Source: Oopsacas minuta (taxonomy: Eukaryota; Animalia; Porifera). Taken from it: DNA of 64,000 nt. The position numbers and the translations under genes are program-made. Each line of letters starts with the position of its first letter. The stretch's first letter is position 1. Location: NCBI GenBank assembly GCA_024704765.1, contig JAKMXF010000144.1, positions 682,001 to 746,000 of the forward strand, in the 5' to 3' direction. The notes beneath the pieces are model-generated. The model worked only from the letters and a program-made list of their open reading frames with translations. It did no database searches and had not been told where the DNA came from. Shown one piece after another: positions 12,323-22,699 of the stretch.

Positions 12323-13816
12323 GGAATTCCTAATACTCCACCTCGAGATATATATTCTCCTCTCCTTCCGTATGATATACATTATTTCAATCAAGAGTTT
12401 CCTGAAGTTGAAGACTACACTAAACTACTCCCTCATTTACCTTTTGAAGATTCATATAATCCCTTCAGGAACTTGTTAACAGGAAAACGTTTCACATGCG
12501 AACCATCATCTCCCAATAAGATCTTAAGGAAGGATGCTATCATAGAGTGTCATTGTGGAGAGCCTGCTGCCTTCCTGACTGTCATGAAAGGACCTGACAC
12601 CGGGAAGAAGTTCTTCAATTGTAATTCTTCATCTTGTGGGTATTTCATTTGGGAAACTGACATAGATGCAAGTATTTACCTCTATTTGGAACCTTCTAGT
12701 CAACTATTTGATGAACTTGTCAGCAAAGTTGGACATGATTTGTTATGTCACTGTGGGGATAGAGCCAGGCTTATAACTGAACGTAAAGAGGCACCTGATA
12801 AAGGAAGGAGGTTTTATGAGTGCCCGAAATTGTATGGACAGGAATGCAATTTCTTCCAATGGATTGATGCTGATCAATCAGATGCCAATACTCTTACCTC
12901 AATCTTAGATGACCTTAAGAGTAATATGTCATTGAGGGACAGTGCTCACGGAGTAATCTGTTATTGTGGTGATTCAGCAAAGTTTCTAACTGTGAAGAAA
13001 GATAGTAAGAATAAAGGCAGGAATTTTTATACCTGTCCTAAACCTACAAATCAAGAGTGTGGGTTTTTTGAGTGGGCTGATGAACTATCACAACACAATA
13101 TTAGTAGTTCGTCGTTTAGTGATAGTTGTCAATGTCATTGTGGAATAACAGCGAAGTCATTCACTGTAAAGAAAGATAGCCCGAATAAAGGTAGAAAATT
13201 CTACACCTGTCCTAAACCAAAAGTTAAAGAGTGCGGGTTCTTCCAGTGGGCTGACGGAGATATAAATTTCAGTACAAATGTATCATCATCACATACAGCT
13301 AATAATGAGGGTATTATTTGTCAATGTGAATTATCTGCCAAGGTTTTAACAGTCACAAAGGAAAGCCCAAATAAAGGAAGAACATTTTATAAATGTCCCA
13401 AACCCCGTGGTCAAGAATGTGAGTTCTTCCAATGGGATGATGAAGATCAAATTAATGCAGCAACAAATAATATAAGTTTTTCTTATGATGGTAACTCACA
13501 AGGAATTTTATGTCTATGTGGAAGATCAGCTACACTATTCACCGTAAAAAAAGATAGCGTAAATAAAGGTAGACAATTTTATACCTGTCCTAAGCCTAAA
13601 ATTCAACGATGTGATTACTTTCAATGGGCTGATGAAGATGTAACCATTGCAGAACATATGTCATTTGACGATAATTCTCAAATTGTTTGTCAATGTGGAA
13701 ATTCAGTCAAGTTGTTTACTGTGAAGAAAGACAGTCCAAACAAGGGAAGGCAATTTTATAAATGTCAGAAATCAAAAGGCCATACATGCGATTTCTTTAA
13801 ATGGGCTGATGAATAG
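10463..13816 (+). CDS. TOP3A: DNA topoisomerase III alpha-like, copy B (1117 aa, 7 C-terminal GRF zinc fingers)
   Basis: Same catalytic core as copy A; seven GRF-type fingers (e.g. CQCHCGITAKSFTVKKDSPNKGRKFYTCPKPKVKECGFFQWAD). Confidence 0.9.
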   Translation: MSLKVLFVAEKNDTAKEISRIMSNNKYTRREGLSKLNKIYGFSCKMLNNDADITMASVSGHIMTIDFSLEFKSWEKHPPVSLFTAPIEDYCPEDSKPIVNTIVREAKENEMLVLWTDCDREGEYIASEIRHICLIANPSIKIYRARFSEITYASIHTAINQMEMINERLVAAVDCRKELDLRIGAAFTRFLSLRLQKVFPYHFPTNHVVSYGPCQFPTLGFVVDRCKQVEHFVPKKFYKLRTVVERGDTQVNFFWSRGGIQDRTETEQSQRGCNQQSVAIVYRVVSKSKSEPRPLPLNTVELEKKASRKLDMSAKQVMMIAEKLYTQGLISYPRTETNFFPPSFNLVPLVEEQTRAEQWGDTARHILRDSPTPSEGQKSDQAHPPIYPIKHTSSLQGNERKVYEFIARHFLACCHKDAQTSETTVEILVNKESFSASGLIITARNYLDVYPYDEWCDRRIPHFTQGERIQIEGCIEMIECETTPPSYLTEADLIQLMDEHGIGTDATHSDHIERIKMRGYVDVQLDGTLLPSKLGRGLVEGYTKIGHNLANSDLRAELERDLTDICVGKKEKNEVINFMVHRYKQVFTEISSHAILIDESLSNYFGPPKQLHIEYPHERDGIPNTPPRDIYSPLLPYDIHYFNQEFPEVEDYTKLLPHLPFEDSYNPFRNLLTGKRFTCEPSSPNKILRKDAIIECHCGEPAAFLTVMKGPDTGKKFFNCNSSSCGYFIWETDIDASIYLYLEPSSQLFDELVSKVGHDLLCHCGDRARLITERKEAPDKGRRFYECPKLYGQECNFFQWIDADQSDANTLTSILDDLKSNMSLRDSAHGVICYCGDSAKFLTVKKDSKNKGRNFYTCPKPTNQECGFFEWADELSQHNISSSSFSDSCQCHCGITAKSFTVKKDSPNKGRKFYTCPKPKVKECGFFQWADGDINFSTNVSSSHTANNEGIICQCELSAKVLTVTKESPNKGRTFYKCPKPRGQECEFFQWDDEDQINAATNNISFSYDGNSQGILCLCGRSATLFTVKKDSVNKGRQFYTCPKPKIQRCDYFQWADEDVTIAEHMSFDDNSQIVCQCGNSVKLFTVKKDSPNKGRQFYKCQKSKGHTCDFFKWADE

Positions 13817-13965
13817 AGGAATACTGAAAGTATTTATACCACACCCCTCTTAACTTAAAAAGTTCTCTTTGGTTTTGACAAATTTTGATTTGACGTTTTG
13901 TCTAACTGTAGTAGAGGTTATACATAATTTGTATTGAATGAATACCTGATTCCTTTGAAACTTAC

Positions 13966-14155
13966 TTATCTTGTTCCCATCAAATTTCTTGACTTTTATT
14001 TTGATACAACCTTCTTCTTCTAATCGTATTTTATACTGTAAATCTTGCAAGGTAATATTTTCATTGAGATCTGAGAGCAGAGGGTCTTGTGATAAGCTGC
14101 GGAGAATACTCTCCCTCAGATTGGTTATTGTATCTTTTTCTAGATTTTTAGTCAT
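13966..14155 (-). CDS. SNRNP25: SNRNP25 (U11/U12 snRNP 25 kDa) exon 1
   Basis: MTKN...SQDPLLSDLNENITLQDLQYKIRLEEEGCIKIKVKKFDGNKI resembles QDPLLCDLPIQVTLEEVNSQIALEYGQAMTVRVCKMDGEVM; phase-1 donor ATA A|GTAAG at 13965. Confidence 0.75.
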
Positions 14156-14456
14156 CCTTATCACGCTCTGGATATTTAGAATAATTAGCCGTGTAAGTTT
14201 TGAGGTTTTAACTATACTCCCAACAAGAACTTTTGTCCCATATTTTAAGCAATTAGACGCTATTAGGCAAATATCATATATGAATCCATTCCCATTAATA
14301 CGAACTCCGATACGATAATAATAAATATCAAATCGTTATCTACGTTATTCACGCGCTCAATTTTCTTAGAAATTATCATTTCTGTTTACTATGTGAACTA
14401 GATACATTTTCATGCATTAGCATTACATACATATTTGGATATATTGATAAGACAAC

Positions 14457-17180
14457 ATGCAAACTCCAATTGAGTCTCCTCCTCCTCCACCTACAATAAC
14501 AGATTCTCCTCAATCTATTAATAATAGTTCCAAGAATGACCTCCCTACATTATCACCCGGACTGATACTAACCCTGCCCCCTACTAACTCTGAGTATGAT
14601 ATTGCTCCTCCGGATAATCCTATAGAGTTACATGCACCTATTGACTCTATATTCACGACAGGAGACTCCTCAGGAAATGAGAGATCAGATAATAGTTCGG
14701 AGGGAGAGGAACAAAACGAACCCATAACTGAAGTGAAATTTAGCTCATTTCGAAAAGCACATGCAAAGAAAAGGTTGAATTTCAATAAAGACTCTGATAA
14801 AATAACTCGTAAGAGTGCTAAGCCTAAGAGAGAGGATCCTATATCTGTACACAGTGAGACACAGAGAATGATACGAGAATCTAAAATACATATACCTGAG
14901 TATAAACCGCCCGTTATTACTCTACAAGATGTTATGAAGAAACTTCCTAAGTTAACAAACAACACAGATGCTAAACCTGAAATATTTGTGACAACTCTTG
15001 CATCCCCTGTCTCCCTCTCTGCTCAAACAACTTCCACACCTCTCCCCAAGGCTGGACCAGCTCAAACAGATATGGACATGGAAGATCTACCTGATATTGA
15101 TTTCATATCTGAGCAACCGATTGAGAGATTAGAACTTACTGAAATAGTAGAACAGATACCTAAACCTAAACAAACTAATTCCAATCAACCAGCTCTGTCA
15201 CTACCTAACGACTTCACCAATCTAAATCTAGCTACAAATATTGATGCTCCTGTATTATCCTCACTAGAAGCTTTCAAGAGTAGATTCATTCATCATTCCC
15301 TTCCTCCCGATAAGTCACACACCTCTGTCCCTCTATCCTCTGAAACTACAGAGAATGAGGGACCCCTCTTGCCTCCTGGATTGTCTCAGAAGCCTGGAGG
15401 TCTACACGCCTTCCTGAAAGAGAAGCTACGTAGGAGTTTAATAGCTAAGCGGATACAGGAGCATGAACAGCTGGAGCTTAAACTAAAGTATGAAAATGAG
15501 GAGTTTTTTCCTTCTGAGGGATCATGTAGTGAGGCTGAGGATGTAGAGAGAGGAGAGGCTGTCAAGTTAATGGATGCCGGAGAGGGAGAGGTTAACGGGG
15601 AGTGGCAGCCTGAGGGAGGAGACGAGATAAGTCATTCTGAAGATAATAACGATACCAGTAGCAGTGAAAGTGAGAGTGACAGTGAAACAAGTGAATCAGA
15701 AGAGAGTGAGATAGACAGTTCTAATACAGATACAGAAGGAGAAGATGGTATAATAATGCCAACTCACAAAGCTAAAAGACATGTACTGAATGACTCAGAT
15801 AATGATGATGACTTTGGAGATGAATCAGCTGTTAATTTAGATATACAGATATCACAGCCTTTAATTCTTGATTCCCCACCTAATATACCCTCACTACTAC
15901 TTGTACAGAGTCCAACCCTTCAGCTGGAGAATGAGAAGGAGAGTGATCTAAATTCTTCTATAAATACATCATTTACATTTCCTAATATAGATGCACAACA
16001 AAGTTTCAATCTTCCAACTGCTTTTCAGCTGTCTACACAGAGCTACATTCCAGATGACCTTAAGCGTATCTGTGATGCTACACAAGAGGGAGAGAATGAT
16101 ATACAGTTAATATGCTCAGGGAGATTCACACAAGCTACACAGCCTGATGAGCTAAATAGAAATAATGACGTCATTCCTAACGACAGCAGCTTACAACTAG
16201 ATAATACTGTAGATACAGATCTTCCAATGTTAGCTCCACGTAAGATAAAGGTTAAGGATCAGCTGAGATTAAAAAGATACAGACAGCTGGCAGCTTTTGA
16301 GGAGAAAGAAGCAGAGCTATCAGGTTCAGATCCTGAGTTTGAAGGGTCTGATTGTGCCAGTGAATTCGGTAACGAGTTGGATGAGTACGAGAGTGAGGAT
16401 GGAGACCAGGATTTAGTGGAAAGTGAAGAGGTCGAAAGGTTAAACGCGAAATATTACAACCAAGTTATGATAGAAGATGATGAAGCTAACATGGAGCTGC
16501 TTAAAGAGAGATTTCTCCCTGAACAGGATATTGTAGAAGATGGTTTAAGATTAAAGAATGGTTTATTTCGTAAGAGAAAGTTTAATTTTGATGATGATGA
16601 TGATATTTCTAGCTCAGCTGCTTGTGATTGGGATGAAGATGGACGTGATCAGGATGTAGACCAGGTAACACAAGAGAGACGAAGGAGACGTGTAGAGAGA
16701 GAGGATTATATTGCTCGTAAATTCAAGTATTCTTTATCGGATTTAACATCCACTGATACAACCAGGACTTTACCTCTTCTAGACAAGCCCAATATTATTC
16801 GATCAGTTAGCTGTGAGCAGAAAAATACTTGTTTCAATGTTCCTTCTATTAGAAAGTCTCTTGGCAAACATAATTCTCTTCTTACACGCAATTTTGCTGC
16901 TAAACTCGATTCGAATTTTATTTCCGATTCAAATAGTGGAGGTAATCTTGTAGGAAGGAAGTCTTACGTGTTTCAGACGATCCGGTCACTTGAAGGGGGA
17001 GATAGTGGTAATTCTGTTCCTCCATTAATTAAATCTGCATCTCTCCCTCCTCCTAGTAGCTCTGTTGGAAGTAAGAAGAATAATTTTAGTAAAAATACTA
17101 AGCTACAACCTGAATTGAAGAAAGAAGATTCATTTCTTAAGCCTGGTTCTAGTGTGTTTCATTTGCTCAATGTTAATTAA
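14457..17180 (+). CDS. CLSPN: Claspin (Chk1 mediator), intronless
   Basis: HSETQRMIRESKIHIPEY motif, Chk1-binding-like IQLICSGRFTQ, FEEKEAELSGSD motif, acidic tracts. Confidence 0.85.
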   Translation: MQTPIESPPPPPTITDSPQSINNSSKNDLPTLSPGLILTLPPTNSEYDIAPPDNPIELHAPIDSIFTTGDSSGNERSDNSSEGEEQNEPITEVKFSSFRKAHAKKRLNFNKDSDKITRKSAKPKREDPISVHSETQRMIRESKIHIPEYKPPVITLQDVMKKLPKLTNNTDAKPEIFVTTLASPVSLSAQTTSTPLPKAGPAQTDMDMEDLPDIDFISEQPIERLELTEIVEQIPKPKQTNSNQPALSLPNDFTNLNLATNIDAPVLSSLEAFKSRFIHHSLPPDKSHTSVPLSSETTENEGPLLPPGLSQKPGGLHAFLKEKLRRSLIAKRIQEHEQLELKLKYENEEFFPSEGSCSEAEDVERGEAVKLMDAGEGEVNGEWQPEGGDEISHSEDNNDTSSSESESDSETSESEESEIDSSNTDTEGEDGIIMPTHKAKRHVLNDSDNDDDFGDESAVNLDIQISQPLILDSPPNIPSLLLVQSPTLQLENEKESDLNSSINTSFTFPNIDAQQSFNLPTAFQLSTQSYIPDDLKRICDATQEGENDIQLICSGRFTQATQPDELNRNNDVIPNDSSLQLDNTVDTDLPMLAPRKIKVKDQLRLKRYRQLAAFEEKEAELSGSDPEFEGSDCASEFGNELDEYESEDGDQDLVESEEVERLNAKYYNQVMIEDDEANMELLKERFLPEQDIVEDGLRLKNGLFRKRKFNFDDDDDISSSAACDWDEDGRDQDVDQVTQERRRRRVEREDYIARKFKYSLSDLTSTDTTRTLPLLDKPNIIRSVSCEQKNTCFNVPSIRKSLGKHNSLLTRNFAAKLDSNFISDSNSGGNLVGRKSYVFQTIRSLEGGDSGNSVPPLIKSASLPPPSSSVGSKKNNFSKNTKLQPELKKEDSFLKPGSSVFHLLNVN

Positions 17181-18190
17181 TTTCTGTGTATTATCACATG
17201 TAAACTTCAATTCATTATTCTTCACCGTTTATTATCTTAATTATTAAATTCAATTGTTGTATATCATACTGTTTTGCTAAAAATATTCATGAATAATGCT
17301 ATTAGTTATTTTGTATTTGCACACAAACGTCTCGCTCCGATTCTATGAACATCCCAATCCTAAAAAGATTATTTCGTGAATATTTTTGTGGATTTTCCTT
17401 GAAATTCCTTCAGCTGATTTATTTACAGTATATCATGGGCTTAGCTCATCTTCAATGGAACGATTTTCTAATATAAATCAAATAAAGTAATCACTAATGC
17501 AATTAATGCAATGTTCGAATACCAAATTACAGAAATGACAAAAGCAATTACTGTATTCTCCAGGTTGGATAACATTATAAATTCTCTAGTTAATATTAGC
17601 CACGTTTAGAATGAATTAGCCTCTGAATTGGATCAAATTTCAACCAAACACGTAAGTACAATTTATATATAGAGTTATCATTGTTGTCACCTGGTTTATA
17701 AAGTAATACAGGTATTTAGGCCCTATTTCCAAACTCAGTTGAATTTACTTTCATAAGGTAACAATTTATTACATATTTCAATTGAATACTCTCAAATCTC
17801 GATAATTCGACAATATTAACTACTGCTCTTCGTTTGTAATGGTAGGTCTCATCACTATATAAGGCAACTATTGAAACAACCATTTTGTATGCGAAAATTG
17901 TCAATGACCTTTACCAGCTTACGACGTCCCCGTTTCAAACACATGTTTGAGTATAGGATGAGATTAACTGCATTTACTTAACATTTGAATTTTGCATTTC
18001 TGATTTTGTAATTTGAAATATTGAATAAATGATATAACATTGAACTTTCCCCGTAAATAGTTTCTAAATTGATGAAAAGGAATCCTAATAGAAATTGTGA
18101 AAATTAACTGTTTGGGGTAACTCTAAACAAAATGCGGGTGGGACTCAATAATTGTACGTATACTGCCTAGATACGAGTGGTAGTACTGGG

Positions 18191-20419
18191 ATGTCTGAAA
18201 CGAGAATCAAATCAGTGATACTTACTGGTAGGGCTGGGCAAGAGACGAGGTTCCAATCCCTGAAGCCGTTAGACTTATCCACAAGCAACAAATCTCAAAT
18301 ACAAGCATATTTCGAGAATACATATGATTTTGATGAAAACTTATTTTTATGCATTAAAGACCCTTCTTCCATGCTTCTAACCCCGAATCGGCTACGACTA
18401 CCTATCATATTCTACTACGGACACACAGCTGCTGTATTCGTCAACAAGTTATTCATATCTGGATTCATCAAGGAGAGGGTTGACTTGGAATTTGAGAAGA
18501 TTTTCGAGACTGGAGTTGACGAGATGTCTTGGGATGATACAGATAGCTTCCGCATGGGTGGTGCTTTGAACTGGCCCTCTCTGGAAAGAATAATAGAATA
18601 CCGCCGTAACGTCCGTAAGTTAATTTTGGATGTAATTGATTCCACTCCTCTACAGTTGCCGATTACTTGGGACAGCACCTGGTGGTCTCTCATGCTAGCA
18701 ATTGACCATGCACGCATCCATATTGAGTTATCCTCAGTTATGCTGCGTGAACTTCCTGTTGAATTGGTAGAAAGGCCTTCTGCTTGGAGCTATGGACCAA
18801 GAGAGCCCATTGTTCCCATAGGAGAGAATAATTTCATAGAAGTGCCTGCTGGTAAAGTGACGCTGGGAAAACCTAGAGATTTCCCTGCTTACGGTTGGGA
18901 TAACGAATTCGGGAAGGAAGAGATGGAGACTTCTACTTTCAAGGCTTCACGGTATCTCGTCACGAATGCACAGTTTCTGGAGTTTGTTGAAGCTCGTGGC
19001 TATGAAAACAAAGAATACTGGACAGAGGAAGGTTGGAAATGGGTAGTCTACACTAAACCGAAACATCCACATTTCTGGGTATGTCAAGAAGAATGTGAGT
19101 CTATGTGTGGAGAAGATCTGAGTAATTATTCTCATTGTAATTCCAAAGCTGAAAATAAGAATAATGATATGAACAGGGAGGATGGATCAAGTTCTCCATC
19201 AAAAACTACTCGCTATGCCAAATCATTTCTATACAGAGCTATGTTTGATAATATTGCAATGCCATGGAGCTGGCCTGTTGAGGTTAACTTTCTAGAAGCT
19301 AAAGCTTTCTGCAAATGGACAGGAAGCAATTTCCGGCTTCCTACTGAAGCTGAGCATCATCTGATGCGAGGTAACGAATTGTCTAGCGATTTCGGAAATA
19401 AATCTGATCCTGCATTCATCGATAAACCACCATTCAACTCTAATTTACAATATTGTTCTTCTACTCCTGTCAATTTCTTCCCACCATCTGATAATGGTTT
19501 CTACGATGCCTATGGGAATGTATGGGATTGGACAGAGTGTCATTTTAATGGTTTCAAAGATTTCGAGACTCATAAAGTTTACGATGATTTCTCTACTCCA
19601 TGTTTTGCTGGTACACATAATATATTAATGGGCGGGGCCTGGGTATCCAGTGGTACTTCTGCTTCACGATACGGTCGTTTTGCATTTAGGCGCCATTTCT
19701 TTCAGCATGCAGGCTTCCGCCTAGTTGAAGCTCTGAACAGAGATAGTACTCCTGCACGTGTCTGTTCTGCAAAGGCATTTATCCCTCTTCACGGATTTAT
19801 GGAGAGTTCCATTGATGTGTTCGGCTTAAAATCGAATAATGTGCTGGAGAGTTATAACCTCCAATTTACAACTGAGTTAGATGACGCGTTCAAACAAGAA
19901 GTAGAATTCTCACTTGCAAATAGCGATATGGTAGTTAGTTATCTACATAAGCTGGACCATGGATCAGGTAGATTCATTCACTTAGGTTGTGGGCTTGGAA
20001 AGATCTGCTACGAATTATCTCGTGATTTTACTTCTATATTAGGAATAGATTATTCCGGAAGGTTTATTGACTATTGTTTAAAAGTTAAGTCCAAATCTCC
20101 CCTTGTAAATATCCCAGGATATAAAATAGCTGATGATATTAGGTATGACAAGTTGGATTTTAAACAATTCACTTGGTTATCTAATGAAATTCCTCCAAGC
20201 GATGTTGTACTCGTAACGCTATTGGATCGTGTTATGAATCCAGCTGCATGGGCTCTCAAGCTATTCGAGATAGTAAAAGTGGGAAAAACCGCAGTTATAG
20301 TTAGTACAATTGATCTTGCTAGCCTCGAGGGGATGATGATCAGGTTTCAATTGAAAGGAAGTGAAACTCCTTTCAAAAACCAAAATTTGATTCTTTCTTT
20401 TTGGGTAAGATTACATTAG
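18191..20419 (+). CDS. ovoA: Ovothiol synthase OvoA (5-histidylcysteine sulfoxide synthase: DinB-like + FGE-sulfatase + methyltransferase-like)
   Basis: IFYYGHTAAVFVNKL, iron motif HARIHIE (HxxxHxE), YGWDNEFG, VYDDFSTP, FRRHFFQHAGFR; C-terminal SAM-fold-like segment. First ATG at 18191. Confidence 0.88.
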   Translation: MSETRIKSVILTGRAGQETRFQSLKPLDLSTSNKSQIQAYFENTYDFDENLFLCIKDPSSMLLTPNRLRLPIIFYYGHTAAVFVNKLFISGFIKERVDLEFEKIFETGVDEMSWDDTDSFRMGGALNWPSLERIIEYRRNVRKLILDVIDSTPLQLPITWDSTWWSLMLAIDHARIHIELSSVMLRELPVELVERPSAWSYGPREPIVPIGENNFIEVPAGKVTLGKPRDFPAYGWDNEFGKEEMETSTFKASRYLVTNAQFLEFVEARGYENKEYWTEEGWKWVVYTKPKHPHFWVCQEECESMCGEDLSNYSHCNSKAENKNNDMNREDGSSSPSKTTRYAKSFLYRAMFDNIAMPWSWPVEVNFLEAKAFCKWTGSNFRLPTEAEHHLMRGNELSSDFGNKSDPAFIDKPPFNSNLQYCSSTPVNFFPPSDNGFYDAYGNVWDWTECHFNGFKDFETHKVYDDFSTPCFAGTHNILMGGAWVSSGTSASRYGRFAFRRHFFQHAGFRLVEALNRDSTPARVCSAKAFIPLHGFMESSIDVFGLKSNNVLESYNLQFTTELDDAFKQEVEFSLANSDMVVSYLHKLDHGSGRFIHLGCGLGKICYELSRDFTSILGIDYSGRFIDYCLKVKSKSPLVNIPGYKIADDIRYDKLDFKQFTWLSNEIPPSDVVLVTLLDRVMNPAAWALKLFEIVKVGKTAVIVSTIDLASLEGMMIRFQLKGSETPFKNQNLILSFWVRLH

Positions 20420-21673
20420 TTTGCTTCTTTCTGAAGCTTAGTATACTACGGCAAAAATTTTGCTGCTCCTTTTACTTTTATTTATTCTCCTTGTTTCCTG
20501 TGATCTATTTATTTGTTTACCATGTGTGTTTGCTTTAGTGTGTGTATCCAATAGATTTATTGTATAGAAGTGGATAGTGAACCATATCTCTAGCTCTGTG
20601 TATAATTGTGTATCTGTTTATCTCTACTTGCTTACTGCACGTATATCTTTCATGTGTTTCTTATTTATTCATATATTTCATTTTTCATACGCTAGGTACT
20701 ACAGGCGACGGATACTCGAGGAATGAACTGATGGCAAAAATTCAGCATAGCATTGTAACTAGCATTGCTGCATGTTATTTTCTAATTGGGCCAAGTCCCC
20801 AACAACTCATAATTAGAATATTTTCTGACATTTCTATAACTTAACGTCTATGCTAGGTATTTCATATTGGTGATGAATTTGATCCTAGCTCACTTGAATA
20901 TACCCGAGACAGGCCCAAAAAATGTTTTACCGAACTATGAGAGAATTCTGTTTTCTTCTAAATTCCCGTACACGATGTGCTAGCTATTGAGAAAAATTGA
21001 ATAGGATATCGAAGATAAATTCTAAAATTTTCCAGGTCGGCTAATTTTGTTTCTACCCAGCTTACTCGCAATTACTTCGTAGTGTATTCGGTGTATTATA
21101 GATATCATGTAACTATGCGTACTTTCTGTATTTAGAGTATTCAATATTCACTTTGATATTAGAAATTTCCCTGAAATAATAAATATTATCTTCCTAGTAA
21201 TTTCTCAACAAAGAGATATTATACTCGTTGGCGTGGGGCAATAGTTCGTAGACTACTCTTACGAATATGCGTAAATGCTCCGTATTTATCCATTTTTATT
21301 ATTTGTGCTGCGTCCTTTATATATTCAATACTTTGCGAAACTGTATCTTATTTTGAAATTATGATATTTGGGGAAATCATTGCATTGTAAAGAAAGGATA
21401 GGGTTGCAGACCGGTAGTTCCAGTCAGTACATGGATGTCCCATAATTAGTATTACCTAATTATCCTGATTAATCTCTGTACTATACAATTATCGTATTTT
21501 CCTGAATACGCGCCGGCGCGCTTATGGAAAATATGGCCTCTGTGACAAGATAACAACCATAATACACAGAAATATGTTTGATGGGGAACTTATATCTTAT
21601 CGTAAATATTTAGCTATTTCCATCACTGATCTTCAGCACTACATATTCTGAGTATAATCATATTTCCTTCAGT

Positions 21674-22699
21674 ATGGACTATATAGTGCAACCTTTCGTG
21701 ACATACGTCACTAACTGGAATGAAATATTCATAATGTTTATGAGCGTGTGGCGTTACCAACGTCCTGACAGTCTAGGCCCTTCAGGATGGTACCAGTTCT
21801 TCAAACAAGAGTACAAGGTGATACTTGGGTCATGTACCATGGACATGGAATTTATAATATACACACTTGCCATTGGTGCTCTAATAACTATTATTAGAAT
21901 TGGAAGTCAAAAACTGATTTTGGACAAGATCCCTATCTGGTTGGATATGAATGAAGAATCACGTGATAAATTCCCTGAATCATTATTCCGTCTAATTAGT
22001 TACATTTTCCTTTGGTCCTGTACTAGTTATGTTGTCTTATTCTCCAATTATCCCATACTGGATGGTCCCGATACCATGTGGAGTGATTTCAGTGGTGTGT
22101 CTACTATAATAGCTCCTGATATATTTTTCGTATACGTATTACAATGTGGCTACTATGTGCATTGTGCATACGCTAATATTGCCCTAGACGTACATCGAAC
22201 TGATTTCTGGGCGCTAATGCTTCACCACGTGGTTACCCTGAGTCTCATATCATTCTCTTATGCTTCCAGATACCACAATGTTGGCATAATTGTAATATTC
22301 CTGCATGACATATGTGATATATTTCTTGAAATAGCAAAGTGTTCAAGATATCTCCAGGTGTTAGGTGGTAAGTCATATTTTATATCAGACATAGTGTCAG
22401 CTATCGCGTTTGTATTATTCTCATCTTCATGGGTGTGGCTTCGTTTATATTGGTTCCAGACTAAAGTACTTATGGGTACTGCTGTAGCCTCAATGGTATT
22501 GGACATGGATGGAGAGTTCTATTTAGTATTCAATGTCTTGCTTCTGGTTCTATACGGACTTAACTTGTACTGGTTCTTCTTCATAGTGCTAGTTGTGTAT
22601 GATATTATAACAGGGGTCGGATTATCTGATAATAGAGAGACTGAATTGATGGAGAAGTCTAGAGAAGAAGTTCGTAAGAGGAAAGAGAAAACTCATTGA
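21674..22699 (+). CDS. CERS1: Ceramide synthase (TLC/Lag1, no homeodomain; CERS1-like), copy A
   Basis: Lag1 motif RTDFWALMLHHVVTLSLISFSY...HDICD; multi-pass hydrophobic protein. Confidence 0.85.
   Translation: MDYIVQPFVTYVTNWNEIFIMFMSVWRYQRPDSLGPSGWYQFFKQEYKVILGSCTMDMEFIIYTLAIGALITIIRIGSQKLILDKIPIWLDMNEESRDKFPESLFRLISYIFLWSCTSYVVLFSNYPILDGPDTMWSDFSGVSTIIAPDIFFVYVLQCGYYVHCAYANIALDVHRTDFWALMLHHVVTLSLISFSYASRYHNVGIIVIFLHDICDIFLEIAKCSRYLQVLGGKSYFISDIVSAIAFVLFSSSWVWLRLYWFQTKVLMGTAVASMVLDMDGEFYLVFNVLLLVLYGLNLYWFFFIVLVVYDIITGVGLSDNRETELMEKSREEVRKRKEKTH

Noticed and set aside
13850-14164. Standalone 104-aa minus-strand protein
   Set aside because: Homology ends at the GTAAG donor (13965); the remainder is intron read-through of SNRNP25.
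17400-17950. Run of possible micro-exons (e.g. AG|NELASELDQISTKH|GTAAGT)
   Set aside because: Splice-like signals exist, but I could not build a consistent frame or recognise a homolog; needs RNA-seq.
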